64,000 nucleotides of DNA, taken from Squalus acanthias (Eukaryota). The notes below the pieces were generated by a model. The model was not told the origin of the DNA and made no database searches. It saw nothing but the letters and a program-made list of their open reading frames with translations. Both the position numbers and the translations under genes were made by a program. This document shows positions 23,835 through 37,171 of the stretch, piece by piece (positions within the stretch are counted from its first letter, which is position 1; every line of letters begins with the position of its first letter). The stretch is taken from contig JASTWF010000033.1 of the NCBI GenBank assembly GCA_030390025.1, positions 1,118,001 to 1,182,000 of the forward strand. Reading direction: 5' to 3'.

Positions 23835-24985
23835 CTACCTCGTGAAGGTGTTGGCTACCAGCTGCTCCCTTGCAGCCTTACTTTGAGCAGCAGTTGGCTC
23901 TTCCCCATCATGCCTTCCCACAGGCACATTGGCATTGTCCACGTCCTCCATTTCTGCAGGTAGTTCATCTGCAGCGTTAAGGGTCAGTCCTTCCTGCAGG
24001 GCAAAGTTATGCAAAGCACAACAGGCCACCACAATCTTTGCCACTTTCTGAGGAGAATACTGCAAGGTCCCCCCTGACCTGTGAAGGCACCGGAAGCGTG
24101 ATTTCAGAACTCCAATTGTCCTCTCCACCACTTGCCGTGTGGACACGTGTGCCTGGTTGTATCTCTCCTGAGCCTCATTATTGGTCTTGCGGTAGGGAGT
24201 CATCAGCCATGGTCTTAGCGGGTAGCCCTTGTCGCCCAATATCCATGCGGATCCTGGAGGCAATGCGTTGAGGACGCCATATAAGTCAGAGTTACGGAGG
24301 ACGAAGGAGTCATGATTACTTCCACGGTTACCTGCATTCACATTTAAGATCCTGAGATGCGCATCACAGATAATCTGGACATTCAGTGAATGAAACCCCT
24401 TCCTGTTGATAAATGTCACAGGTGCAACCCCTGGTGCCTTCAATGCTACATGGGTTCCATCGACAGCCCCAATCACTTTGGGGAATCCAGCAATGTTATG
24501 AAATGCAAGCGCCATCTCCTTTTGATGGCGAGCAGACAAGTCATACTTAATGAACTCAGAAGCCCTACGGTAAATGGCTTCTGTGACCTGGTGAATGCAG
24601 GCCCTCGCAGCATTCTTGGATATGTTGCAAATGTCACCGGTGCTTGCCTGAAAAGTCCCACTTGCAAAGAAGTTCAGTGCTGTGGTTACCTTCATGCTCA
24701 GTGACAATGCATTGCGGTTCTTCGTGCGTGTTTGAAGGTCTCCTGTAACATCTCACAGATTCGGCCAATTGACTCTTTACTGAAGCGCAGCCTCCTCACA
24801 CACAGCTCCTCCGACAGCATCTCAAATGACAGCCTCTGCCTGTACACTCTATTTGGTGGGTAGTAGTTTCTCCTTCTCTGGAGGAGACGGGCTTGGTTCC
24901 TCCGTCTGATTCGTTGTCTGTATTCGAAAATTCTCAGATACGTAATCACACAGAGGAGGAAGAACAATCGATTGCAAAAGGGCAT
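23835..24985 (-). CDS. Harbinger (HARBI1-like) DDE transposase with one apparent frameshift near 24740
   Basis: N-terminus LCVRRLRFSKE joins ALSLSMKVTTALNFFASG; catalytic motifs GAVDGTHV, SNHDS, LGDKGY, VVERTIGVLKSRFRCL, CCALHN. Confidence 0.93.
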
Positions 24986-27900
24986 CTTTCTCTCACACAG
25001 GCTTCCTCCTCAAACTGAAAGTTGTAATGAAAAAATGGAAATAGCTGTTAAAGTAACTTTAGTTAAGTGAGTGGCTATAAAATCAGGTCAGGCTATGGTG
25101 GGACACGTGCGCTATCAGCTTGGGAACACATCTACCCGCCACACGGCCCTAGCTGATTTTCCAAAACTGTAACATTTTCATAAATTCATACATACATACA
25201 TACATACTTACTTACTTACTCATTTTCATCTTTAAAACTTTTTGAAACGTAAACAGTTCATTTTTAAACTTTCATTTTCACAGATAGATACCTAAATATG
25301 CCTTGTACACACCCACAGTTGCTATACTACTCCAAATGGTCAAAACCCGTTTTTAATTTTTTTTTTTAAAAACTCTTAACTTATATAAGACTTTATTTAA
25401 AACTTTTGTGTCTTTCAAATTTAAAAAACTCACCTCAGTAGCCACACTCCAAAAGGATTTCTTCCTCCTACTTATCTCGGCAAATGTATAAATGGCTGCT
25501 GCTCCTGGTTTTAAAATGTGTAACTGCTCGGAGCTTACACACACTACTCTCATTCACAAAATACATGAATTTTCCGACGCACGCGCAGAATCACCAGCCC
25601 ACGCGATTACTCGCAGATCCATGAAACTGACCAGACATGAAGTGCCGGTTTTCAGCGCATGCGTAGTGCATGCAGAAAACCGGCAATTGAAGAGGGAATA
25701 CGCGAGTGTACGCAGTGCGTACTCTCGCGCACCAGGATGAATTTTTGGGCCATTATATTTTCACCCCGTGTGTACCATTTATTCTGATTCTGATGCTCAA
25801 TGTTTTAACTGTCAGACACATTTTAGTGACCATCAGAATTCGGAAGGACTTCGGGACCGGGCCAGTGGGGAGAGTCCCAGCGATCCAGAGACAAAAAAAC
25901 AGGAGAAAATCAATTACTGTACTTTTTGTGATCTCAGGGAATTTTATCCTTCTGTGGGCTGTGCTCCTGCTCAATACGATGTATACTAGAATTGTTCTGT
26001 TGAGCGAGTTCCCTATTGCTGAGCTCCCCCAGATTGTACAAGAAATTGGGTTTATGCTCCAGCTCCTGAGTTGCTGCACAAACACTTTTATTTATGCCGT
26101 GACCCAGAGTCAGTTCAGAGAGGAGCTGAAGAATGGGGTGAAATATCCCTTCACTGTATTTTCTAAGATTATAAAATAACGAGGAAAACGGAAGATTTTC
26201 ACACGTAGGCTACAATGTTGTTTCACACGTTATCCCAGCCCCTCAACACCCAGTCTCTGTAAACCTGTTATTTTGAAGGCAAACCGAGCTGATTAGATTG
26301 AGATTGACTTTGATGCAAGGTGTATTTTGTAAACTTGGAGCAGCTGCCGTGTGTGGAAAATCCTTTACTGTAATCACACATTTAAATAAAATTAAACTGA
26401 CATGGAACAACTACCGTGACAATTGTTTATTGGGTTTTATTGCTGTCTGTGTTCATGGATTTCGGCCGGACGGACTGTGATTCTATGTAATGGACTGTAG
26501 CTGGGAAAAGATACAACACCAGTCGGCAATACCGCGAGTTCCCCTTTACAGAGACCATCTCCGGGTAGTTTACTGATTCCTGCAGTCCTACTGCTGAAAT
26601 ACAAGTTATTCTTAGTATAGCCTTCTTCATGAGGTGGAAATGAGGAGTAATTTACCACTCGGATGATTGATACTGCGCTCATTACAATGGTTACCTTTAT
26701 AAAGCCTGGAATTTGCGGTGGAAAATGACGGCGAACAAACAACATTCGCTGTTAATACCCCTCTGAAGCTGACCGCAACTTTAGAATGCAGCGCATGGGC
26801 ATCTAAACAAGGAAATGCTGAAGTTGCGGTCAGTCATTCACTGCTCCGACACTGGCTGCGCTGTGCCCCCGCCCCAACCCCCACAGCCGGCAATCAGTGG
26901 AATCAGGGAAATCAGTGAAACTGGCCAAACTTGGGCTTTTCCCGGCAATATCGCTGTTAAATACCCCATTAAATGGATTCGGTGTAACTGGGGTTTTAAC
27001 AGTGGATTGACTGCTAAACAAGCGTTATGGCCCTGAATAACTATTTTTAATTTTGTGGAGTGTCAAATTCATCCATTGTGATAAAATGAAGTTTATTATG
27101 AACTTTAAACAAAATTATATTATTTTAAACTTTGTTGATATTTATTTCAGGTTTATCTTTTCCCCATGTGAGAGCCCCAATCTTTGATTTTCTCTCTATA
27201 ACATTTGTAAAAATTCTGAATAAACGCAACTTCTTCGCGTCCTGCTTCCTGTGAGAATTCTGCATTGTGCTGCACAGGCTATAAATTAATCAATCAGCGT
27301 CATTAACAAATATAATTAGTTGATGCTAAAGCCAAAAAAAAGTAGATTGAATAAACAGGTAGGGATGAAATTGGTCCTGGGCAGGACAGTAAAACGGGCG
27401 ACAGTGAATCGGCAGCCTTTTTGTCGAGCCCTGGATATTCTTTTCAATTCAACACGGTGCTCCACACGGGGTCTGACCAAGGCTCTGTATAACTGAAGCC
27501 TTATTTCCTCCTATTCATATTTGAGCTCCCTTCAGATTTTATGTTTAATCCCCTCAGGACACCTTGAGATTGGGAAAAAATTATGCCTTGCCAGAGCTGC
27601 CCACAAACCAAGGAGCAACAATTGAACAAACTGAATTAATAATTGAAAAGTGAACATGACGTGGTGCAGATGAAACATAAGAAGTTAAGATTTTCTAATT
27701 TAATTATTGCAAAATACATCACATTATCGGGACAATAGTAGAGGCAGTTCAAACACCAACGATAACTAATATACATGGATGAGCGATTTGATTTCAATCT
27801 TACACCACGTATGTCTCGTAATCTTCTGCTGTGCCTTTTCTAATTTCAGTTTTACGAGAACACTTGGACAACTATCATCGTGGCTTCTTTAACATGAGTA

Positions 27901-28639
27901 CCTCCGTAAAGCAAATGCATAGGTTTTATGCAACCTGTCATCATAACTTAACCCTATAAGCCCTTGTATCATTCTGGTGAATCTGGGCTGTTCCTCCTCC
28001 AGGGCCACATATACATTTCCTGAGGGTCGATGCCCAAAATTTAATGCTGTTCCCCAAATGGGGTCTGGGCAAGGCTTTGTAAAACTCAAGCATCACTTCC
28101 TTTCATTTGTATTCCAGCCACCATTAGCTTTGAATATTAAAGCCCTCGAGGCACCAAGGGAGTGGCAATAAATTGAAACTTGTCAGCATCGCCCCCAACC
28201 CAGGAACCAAAAATTAAATAAAAGCTGTGTATAATTGAAAAAGTTAAAACCAGAAGTGGTGCAGATGCAACAGAAAATGCAAAGGTATTTTTATTTCAAA
28301 ATTACAGAAGAGAAAATAATCTGTGGCCACTAGTGGAGGCCATTCATACACCAAGAACAAATAGCTACACATCGATAGCCATTTTGATTCGAATATTACA
28401 CTGATGAATCTGGAGATTTTCTGTGGTGCCTTTTCTGTTCACTGCATTAAGAGAAACCATGGCAAACCATCAAAGTGTACTTTCCATATGAGACCTTCTG
28501 TACAGCAAATGCACAAAGCATGAATGATTTAGTAAAAGGGCCACCTTATCTGATGAATTGCTGCTGCCAAGTGTTTGGGCCTTTGATTAATTAATTTAAA
28601 AAACCTTCTAGAAATCAGAGATACGATGTGGTTTAAAGT

Positions 28640-30276
28640 ACATAAGAACATACGAAATAGGAGCAGGAGTAGGCCATTTGGCCCCTCGAGCCTGTTCCAC
28701 CATTTAATGAGATCATGGCTGATCTGATCTTGGGCTCAGCTTCATTTCCCAGCCCGCTCCCCATAACCCATCACTCCCTTATTGTTCAAAAATCTGTCTA
28801 TCTCCACCTAAAATATATTCAATGACCCAGCCTCCACAGCTCTCTGGGGCAGAGAATTCCACTGATTTACGACCCTCAGAGAAGAAATTCCTCCTCATCT
28901 CAGTTTTAAATGGGCGACCCCTTATTCTGAAACTATGGCCCCTAGTTCTAGATTCCCACGTGAGGGGAAACATCTTCTCTGCATCTACCTTGTCGAGCCC
29001 CCTCAGTATCTTATATGTTTCAATATGATCACCTCTCATTCTTCAAAACTCCAATGAGTACAGGCCCAACTAGCTCAACCTTTCTTCATAAGTCAACCCC
29101 TTCATCTCAGGAATCAAACTCGTGAACCTTCTCTGAACTGCCTCCAATGCATGAATACCCCTCCTTAAATATGGAGACCAAAACTGTACACAGTACTCCA
29201 GGTGTGTTCTCACCAATATCCTTTACAGTTGTAGCAGGGCTTCCCTGCTTTTATACTCCAACCCCCTTTCAATAAAGGCCAACATTCCATTTGCGTTCCT
29301 GATTACTTGCTACACCTACATGCTGACTTTTTGTGTTTCATGCACAAGGTCCTCCACGTCCCTCTGTACTGCAGCATTTTGTAATATCTCTCCATTTGAA
29401 TAATAATTGTTTTTAAATGTTTCTTATCAAAGTGGATAACCTCAAACTTACCCACCTTATACACCATCTGCCAAATGTTTGCCCACTCACTTAGCCTGTC
29501 TATATCCCGTTGCAGATTATTTGTGTCCTCTTCACCACTTGCTTTCCCACCTATCTTTGTATCATCAGCAAATTAGTCTACATTACACACGGTCCCTTTA
29601 TCCATTCATTAATATAGATTGTAAATAGATGAGGCCCCAGCACTGATCCCTGCGGCACCCCACTAGTTACTGTTTGCCAACCGGAAAATGAACCATTTAT
29701 GCCGACTTTCTGTTTTTTGTTAGTTAGCCAATCCTCTATCCATGCTAATATATTAGCCCCAACCCCGTGAGCTCTCATCTTGTGCAGTAACCTTTTACGT
29801 GGCACCTTATCGAATGCCTTCTACAAATCCAAATGCACCACATCCACTGGTTCCCCTTTATCCACCCTGCTCGTTACATCCTCAAAGAACTCCAGCAAAT
29901 TTGTCAAACTTTCATAAAACCATGCTGACTCTGCTTGACTGTATTATTGTTTTCTAAATGTCCTGCTACTGCTTCCTTAATAATGGACTCCAGCATTTTC
30001 CCAATGACAGATGTTAGACTGACTGATCTATATTTTCCTGCTATCTGTATCCCTCCCTTCTTAAATAGGGGCGTTACATTTGCGGTTTTCCAATCCACTG
30101 CGACCTCTCAAGAATCCAAGGAATTTTGGTAGATTGCAACCAATGCATCCACTATCTCTGCTGCCACTGCTTTTAAGACCCTAGGATGCAGACCATCAGT
30201 TCCCTGGGACTTGTCCAACTTTAAACCCATTATTTTACCGAGTGCTTGTTCTTTAGTGATAGTGATTGTTTTAATT
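28640..30276 (-). mobile_element. CR1 LINE, 5'-truncated degenerate RT
   Basis: DWKTANVTPLFKKG, SQHGFMK, VPQGSVLGP, RGDHIETYKIL; tail cataagaacata. Confidence 0.92.
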
Positions 30277-30569
30277 TCGGACAGGATTCAGGCAATTTTC
30301 TGATCGCAAAGCGCTTTCAGTCCTTGTCAATATCCCTGTGTTTCCCGATTATGTATGTCTCTCTGGCTTTGTTTATTCTGTGTGTGGCCACCTGCAGGTT
30401 GATTTTGAACGAATACCTGTGCATTTGTCTTGCCACATTAAATACATGAGGAATTGTGGCGCTTCTCTCCCTGACACTGGGGAAGCAGTGAGACAGATTT
30501 TGGAGCATGAGTCTGGTTATTGTGAAACAGCAAAGAAAATATTAACTCCGGGATTATTCGGAAGAACAG

Positions 30570-30642
30570 TGACCCCGACGTCATTTGAACACGCAGACTT
30601 CTAGACCTGGAGTCAGACGCGCTACCGTTGCGCCACAAGTTC
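30570..30642 (-). pseudogene. tRNA-Trp(CCA) pseudogene
   Basis: Minus strand gtggcgcaacggtagcgcgtctgactccagg..gcgtgttcaaatgacgtcggggtca. Confidence 0.85.
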
Positions 30643-31089
30643 CGCAGTGTAAACGGGGATGTTTGTATATATGCGCGTTCCACAAACACTGTTTCATTTC
30701 TCCTGCCTTATTCTGATTTCTCAGTTTCATGCAAAGAAGCGCCTCATGCCTTCATTTGTTTAAAGTAACAAGCAGACACAATCACAGCTATTCGTTCAAA
30801 ATCAACATGCAGGTGGCAAAACACAGAATAAACAGAGCCAGCGGGACAGACAGAATCGGGAAAGATCGGGAAATGGACAAGAGATATTGACAAGGATTGA
30901 AAGCGCTTTGCGATCAGAAAATTTCCTGAATCCCTGTGGTTAATGAAAGGGCTTTTGTTGCTCGATTTCCTTACACACCTTGGGTTTCTGGAGAGCCTGG
31001 TTCGTGGTTTGCAGAACAAGTTAAACCCCTGGGGCTGAGCCACCTGGCGCCTGGCTGTAATCAGCGATAGAAATGTACGTGCTTGTGAG

Positions 31090-31162
31090 GCCCGGCTCGC
31101 TCAGTCGGTAGAGCATGAGACTCTTAATCTTAGGGTCGTGGGTTCGAGCCCCACGTTGGGCG
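31090..31162 (+). tRNA. trnak-cuu: tRNA-Lys(CTT), near-intact
   Basis: Two differences from the vertebrate Lys-CTT consensus as I recall it; T-run terminator just downstream. Confidence 0.88.
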
Positions 31163-31792
31163 AGTGCTTTTTGTTCAACTTTTATGTTGCTTTCACGGAA
31201 AAGCATCATTAATTAACCGATAAACTTATTTTGCACCATGAAAGAAATGATAAATGAGCCAGAGTCGATACTTCAATCATTTTAGTTGTGCTTTGCATGT
31301 TAACTGTTAACCATATCTCATTTTACACAATGTACTTTAGGAGTCTGGTTTAAAATGTTCATTGCTGATGACACCAGGAATGTGGGGCAACTTTTGTCAC
31401 ATTGAACAGGTCCGGTTATTTCTACTTTGCACAGAAAATAGAATCAGCAGTGAACATAACATCCCATGGTGCTGACTTTCAGATTCAACGCAGTCAGATT
31501 TGGAATAAAGTGATATAATTTTAACAGTGAAAATTTGGAAGTGTTACATGTATTTGTGCCTTTAATTAAAGTTTGTGGCGGTTGACTCCCGTTCATTTCT
31601 CTGAATAAGAAAGGAGGGGCTTGCCGTTGACCAGACTGCACTGCGCCTGATGTTTGTGAGCTCATCCTTTATATTGAGCGGTTTCTCATTCTTTAATCGG
31701 CGTCAGCTTTAGCTCAACGGTTACTTCGCAGCGTCAATTTGTTTCTAAGTTTGAGCCCTGTCTCACCGAGGGCGCTGCCTGGCGTTTTTATT

Positions 31793-32555
31793 GGCCCGAA
31801 AATTAAATCTAATACGCGAGAGTAAGCACTGTGTGCTCTCGCGTATTGGGTCCCGAATTGCCGGTTTCCTGCATGCACTGCGCATGCGCGGCAAACCGGC
31901 ACTTCGTGTCTTGCAAAGGGGGCGGTTCCTAAGTGAACCGCGTGCGCACTACAGGCTGCGCGCATGCAGCGCACTTAGTTTTTTTTCAGGTTTGAACGCG
32001 CAGGTAAGTGGTGAAGATTTTACACATAAAGAAAGCAGGCGTAGGATCCCCTTTTAACTAGGTAAGTAGTTAATTAAGTGTTATTTTAATTTTTTTTCAA
32101 CAGGTTAATCTTTTTTAGAGACTTTAAAGAAAGGTAAGTTTATTTTTATAACTTTTAAAAAGATTTTAAACTTTTTTCAAAAATTGAATTTTTTGTTTAA
32201 AGTGGTTAATTTATTGAACTATAGTTATTTTATTAATGTGATGGCTTTTTTAAAAATATAATTGAGGTTTAGCTGTTCTTTTGGGGGCTTGTAGTATTCA
32301 TAGCTTTGACAGCCCTTGCTGTCAAAACTATGAATGAAAGATGGTGTGCTGCCATTGGCTCTAACTGAATCACCTGATCCCATAGCTCGCACGAACTAAT
32401 TGCGCCTCTGGGACACGCAAGCACTGCACGCTGGCAACAGGGAGAGGCCCTGAAACTGAAGTTCGTGTGGGCCCGAAACAAAAAGGTATAGCGGAGTGCG
32501 ATATCGCGGGGAATCCTTACCCCCGCGGGGACCATCGATTTTTAATTTCTGGGCC
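31793..32555. mobile_element. Harbinger MITE sharing ends with 21181-25751
   Basis: Ends ggcccgaaaatt / aatttctgggcc; perfect ATT TSD; empty paralogous site ggcgtttttATTatcattt near 35099-35117. Confidence 0.92.
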
Positions 32556-33830
32556 ATTATCATTTTCACAGAAACACATCGTCGCAGTGATTTTAATTTA
32601 GCAGTGTGAAATTTTTTGAGGGCACCTTTAAATGATTGAATAACCTATTCCAAGCCTCCCGAGCGACCCGAGTTCGATTCCCAGTTAGGGAAGTACTTTT
32701 GACATCACCGTTTCTAATTCATGAATCCGAAGTCATTTTATTACATTTATAACATGCATCTAATGTGATAAAATAAGAACTGCTTTAATCAGCATTAATT
32801 CACCGATAACTTTCTTTTGCAGAATGAAAGAAATTATAATCTTGTTACTGAGGGACAGTCAAAACTTCAGTATTTTATTTTGCTCTTTGCATGTGCTGAA
32901 CTGTTAACCCATATCACATTTTACACAATGTATTTTAGGAGAATGGTTTAACATGTTCATTGCTTGTGAGAGCAGGGATCTGGGGCAACTTTTGTTAAAT
33001 TTAACGGGACCGGCTATTTCACAGAAAAAAATGTTTTCTCTGACATGATGTTTTCAGACCATACACTGCCCGATCTTTGATAGGTCCCAAATGGATGATC
33101 TGACACTTGCCCGCATTGAACTCAATTAATCATTGTTCAGGGGGGATTTAATAGAGGTGATCAAAATTATGGGGGCAACAGTTTCCACTGGCAGGAGTAT
33201 CAGCAGGGCTATGGGAAAGAACACCGGACTGGGACTAATCGGATAACTCTTTCAAATATGCTACATCAATTGCTCATTTTAATCTGCGATTGATAGATTT
33301 TATTTAACTAACGTTATTAACGGATCATTGAAGTCTGTGAGAGACTTCATTATTGTTTCTATTATCATTAATCAACCCACAACATTTTGTTGCACACTGC
33401 AGGAATTGCTAACATGTTTACCGGATGACAGTCAAACTTTAATAACAATTTATAGAATCATAGAAAATTGCCTGAAACCCTGTGGTTAATGAAAGAGATT
33501 TTGATGTCTGAGTTCCTTATACACCTTGGAATTCTGGAGAACATGGTTCGTAGTTTGCTGAAACGCAGCTTCGATCTGCTGTTGTGAACCGAGGCAAAGC
33601 TGCAGGATCCTTGAATAATCTTTCACAATTCAACTGAAAGCAGCCGGAATGTGCAGCTTTGAGAGGGGCTTTCGGCACCGTCATGGCTTGAAACGGGAGT
33701 GAGCGAGCGACACTCCAGTGTTTTGAGTGTGCACAGAGCTGTACAGAGAAACACAAATGGAACAGGACTTTGAATGACAAATGCGAATTTTTCCATTTTT
33801 CCACTATTTAATTGAACATGATTTAAGAAA

Positions 33831-33887
33831 TGTTTCCGCCCGGTTTCGTACCGCAGACTTTTGCCGTACGTGATAACCACTACGGAC
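33831..33887 (-). pseudogene. tRNA-Val relic with deletions
   Basis: tgtttccgcccggtttcg...cgtgataaccactac. Confidence 0.7.
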
Positions 33888-34420
33888 ATTTTGTGCTGAA
33901 TTTTGGGCTTCTGCGGTAAATCTATGATTCTGAAAAAAAATTATTGAAGTTTGACTGTATAGCGGCAATTCATGTCAGCATTTCCGGAATTAATATTTTC
34001 TTTGCTGTTTCACAATAACCAGGCCCTTGCTCCAAAGACTGTTTCACTGATTCCCCAGTATCAGGGAGAGAAGCGCCACAATTCCTCATTTATTTAATGT
34101 GACAAGACACAAGCACAGATATTCGTTAAAAATCAACCTGCAGGTGGCCACACACAGAATAAACAAAGCCAGAGAGACAGACAGAATCGGGAAACACCGG
34201 GAAATAGTCGAGAGATATTGAGAATGACTAAAAGCGCTTTGCGAAAAGAACATTGCATAAATCCCTGTGGTTAATGAAAGGGCTGTTGATGCTTGATTTC
34301 CTTACACACCTTGGAATTGAAGAGAACCTGGTTCGTGATTTGCAGAACAAGTTAAACCCCTGGGGCGGGGCCACCAGGCGCCTGACTGCAATAAGTGACC
34401 AGGGCTTGCAAAGTTGTCAG

Positions 34421-34494
34421 GACCGGCTCGCTCAGTCGGTAAAGCATGAGATTCTTAATCTCAGTCGTCGTGGGTTCGAGCCCCACGTTGGGCG
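34421..34494 (+). pseudogene. tRNA-Lys(CTT) pseudogene
   Basis: Duplicate of 31090-31162 with extra substitutions and a 1-nt insertion. Confidence 0.85.
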
Positions 34495-36074
34495 AGTGCT
34501 TTTTGTTCAACTTTTATGTTGCATTCGCGGAAAAGCATCATTAATTAACCGATAATCTTCTTTTGCACAATGAAAGAAATGATAACTGAGCGAGAGTCGA
34601 TACTTCAATCATTTTTTTTGTGCTTTGCATGTTAACTGTTACTCATATCTCATTTTACACAATGTACTATAGGAGTCTGGTTTAAGATGTTCATTGCTGA
34701 TGACACCAGGAATTTGGGCCAACTTTTGTCACATTGAACAGGACCGGTTATTTCAACCGTGCACAGAAAATAGAATCCAGCAGTGAACATCAAATCACCA
34801 TGGTGTTGCCTTTCAGATTCAGATTTAGAATAAAGTGATATAATTTTAACAGTGAAAATTTGGAAGTAAGTTTTACTCGTATTTGTGCCTTTAATTAAAG
34901 TTCGTGGCGTCTGACTCCCGTTCATGTCTCTGAATAAGACTGGAGTGGCTTGATGGTGACCAGACTGCACTGCGCCTGATGTTTGTGAGCTCATCCTTTA
35001 TATTGAGCGGCTTTTCGTCCGTCACTCGGCGTCAGCTTCAGCTCAGCGCTTCCAGCTTCTTTGAAAGTTTGAACTCTGCCTCATCGCGGTCGATGCCTGG
35101 CGTTTTTATTATCATTTCCAATCCCCTTCTTCAACACCAGAACAAATTGTTGCAGTGATTTTAATTTATCAGTGTGAAATTTTTCGAGGGCACCTTTAAA
35201 TGATTCAATAAACTATTCCAAGCAGCGCCGTGAAGCGGGTTCGATTCCCGGTTAGGGAATGAATTTTGATATCACCGTTTTTAATTCATGAATGCGAAGT
35301 AATTTCATTACATGAATAACATGCATCTAATGTGATAGAATAAGAACTGCTTTCATCACCATTAATTAACCGCTAACTTTCTTTTGCAGAATGAAAGAAA
35401 TGAGAACATTCTCTGACTAGATGTTTTCAGACCATACACTGAGCGATCTTTGTTAGGCCCCAGGTGGATGATCTGACACTTGCCCGCATTGAACTCCATT
35501 AATCACAGTTCAGGGGAGATTTAATAGAGATGTTCAAAATTATGGGGGAATCAGTTTCCACTGACAGGAGTGTCAGCAGGGCTATGGGGGAAGAGCAGCG
35601 GAGTGAGACTAATTGGATACCTCTTTCAAAGATGCTACATCAATTGCTCATTTTAACCTGCGATTGGTAGAGTTTAGTTAACCAAAGGTATTAAGGGATA
35701 ATTGAATTCTGTGAGAAACTTCATAATTGTTTCTATTTTCATTAGTCAACCCACAACATTTTGTTGCACACTGCAGGAATTGCTAGTAGTTTGCAGAAAC
35801 GGGGATCAGATCTGCTGTTCTAAACGGAGGAAGCGCTGCAGTATCCTTTAATAATCTGTCACTATTCAACTGAAAGCAGCCGGAATGTGCAGCGTTGAGA
35901 GAGGCTTTCTGCACCGTCAGGGTTGGAAACGGCAGTGAGCGAGCGACACTGTAGTGTTTTGAGTGTGTACAGAACTGTACAGAGAAACAACAAAATTAAC
36001 AGGACTTTGCTACATTGAAACACAAATGCGAATTGTTCAATTTTTCTGCTATTTAATTGAACATGTTTTCAAAA

Positions 36075-36148
36075 TGCTCCCGCTCGGTTTCGAAACGGGT
36101 ACTATTTCGCGTGTTAGACGAATGTGATAACCACTACACTACGGAAAT
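36075..36148 (-). pseudogene. tRNA-Val(AAC) pseudogene
   Basis: Minus strand tttccgtagtgtagtggttatcacattcgtctaacacgcgaaa. Confidence 0.82.
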
Positions 36149-37171
36149 TCAGTGCTCGATTTCCCGCTTCTGCGCTGAATCTATGATTGTATAAAAACAG
36201 TTATTAAAGTTTGACTGTCACCCGGCAAATATGTTAGCATTTCCTTCAGTGTGCAAACATTTTGATGTGTTGATTAAAACAATTATTAAGTGTCTCACAG
36301 ACTTCAATTGTCTTTGTCAAAACTGAAGTCCCTGAGTGGGAATCAAACCTGATTCATTCCTGTCATGGTAGGGTTGTCCTTTGAGGAGAAATTCAGTAGA
36401 TTGGGCCGAAATTATCTGAATTCCAGAAGAACGAGAGCTGTTCTCATTGAAAGGTACAATTTTCTTGAAGGGCTTGAAAGGGTAGATGCTGAGAGGCTGT
36501 TTCCCCTGGCTATAGAGTCTAGAACTAAGGGATAGAGTCACAGGATAAGGGATTATTAAATTATTAAATTAATAACACGAATCTAATGTGATGAAATAAG
36601 AACTGCTTTCATCACCATTAATTAACTGCTAACTTTCTTTTGCAGAATGAAAGAAATGAGAATATTCTCTGACTAGATGTTTTCAGACCATACACTGACC
36701 GATCTTTGTTAGGCCCCCAAGTGGATGATCTGACACTTGCCCGCATTGAACTCCATTAATCACAGTTCAGGGGAGATTTGATAGAGGTGCTCAAAATTAT
36801 GGCGGAATCAGTTTCCACTAACAGGAGTGTCAGCAGGGCTATGTGGGTAGAGCAGCGGAGTGGGACTAATTGTATACCTCTTTCAAAGATGCTGCATCAA
36901 TTGCTCATTTTAAGCTGCGATTGATAGATTTTGGTTAACTGAAGGCATAATTGAATTCTGTAGACAATTCATAATTGTTTCTATTTTCATTAATCAACCC
37001 ACAGCATTTCGTTGCACACTGCAGGAATTGCTAGTAGTTTGCAGAAACGCGGATTAGATCTGCTGCCCTGAACCGAGGAAGCGCTGCAGGATCCTTTAAT
37101 AATCTGTCACTGTTCAACTTAAAAACAGCCGGAATATGCAACTTTCAGAGGAACTTTCTGCACCGTCAGGG

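Larger units (their letters stand above)
21181..25751. mobile_element. full-length PIF/Harbinger DNA transposon (4571 bp)
   Basis: 16-bp TIRs gggccagaaattcatc / gatgaatttttgggcc (14/16); flanks AAT/ATT; convergent Myb/SANT and transposase genes; GPCR frame rejoins when the element plus 3 bp is removed. Confidence 0.96.
20705..26179 (+). pseudogene. GPR139/GPR142-like GPCR pseudogene, exon 2 (20705-21180 + 25755-26179), split by a Harbinger element
   Basis: NLVTIVILSRGKCGLSKCVTRYLVAMAAADLL, TFDRLVAISCQKLK, YIFTPCVPF, RRKSITVLF, LLSCCTNTFIYAVTQ; acceptor reads AC not AG; frameshifts near 20865, 25846 and 25895. Confidence 0.92.

Noticed and set aside
23835..24707. Domesticated host HARBI1 gene
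   Set aside because: Lies within TIRs and a TSD with a partner Myb gene and interrupts another gene, so it is a transposon
21179..25753. 2-bp AT target duplication for the Harbinger element
   Set aside because: A 2-bp TSD leaves the GPCR out of frame, and the filled/empty MITE pair shows a 3-bp ATT duplication
32660..32692. Short T-arm-like tRNA fragments (also ~8205-8230, ~10326-10353, ~35235-35259, ~52871-52908)
   Set aside because: Too short or degraded to assign confidently as genes
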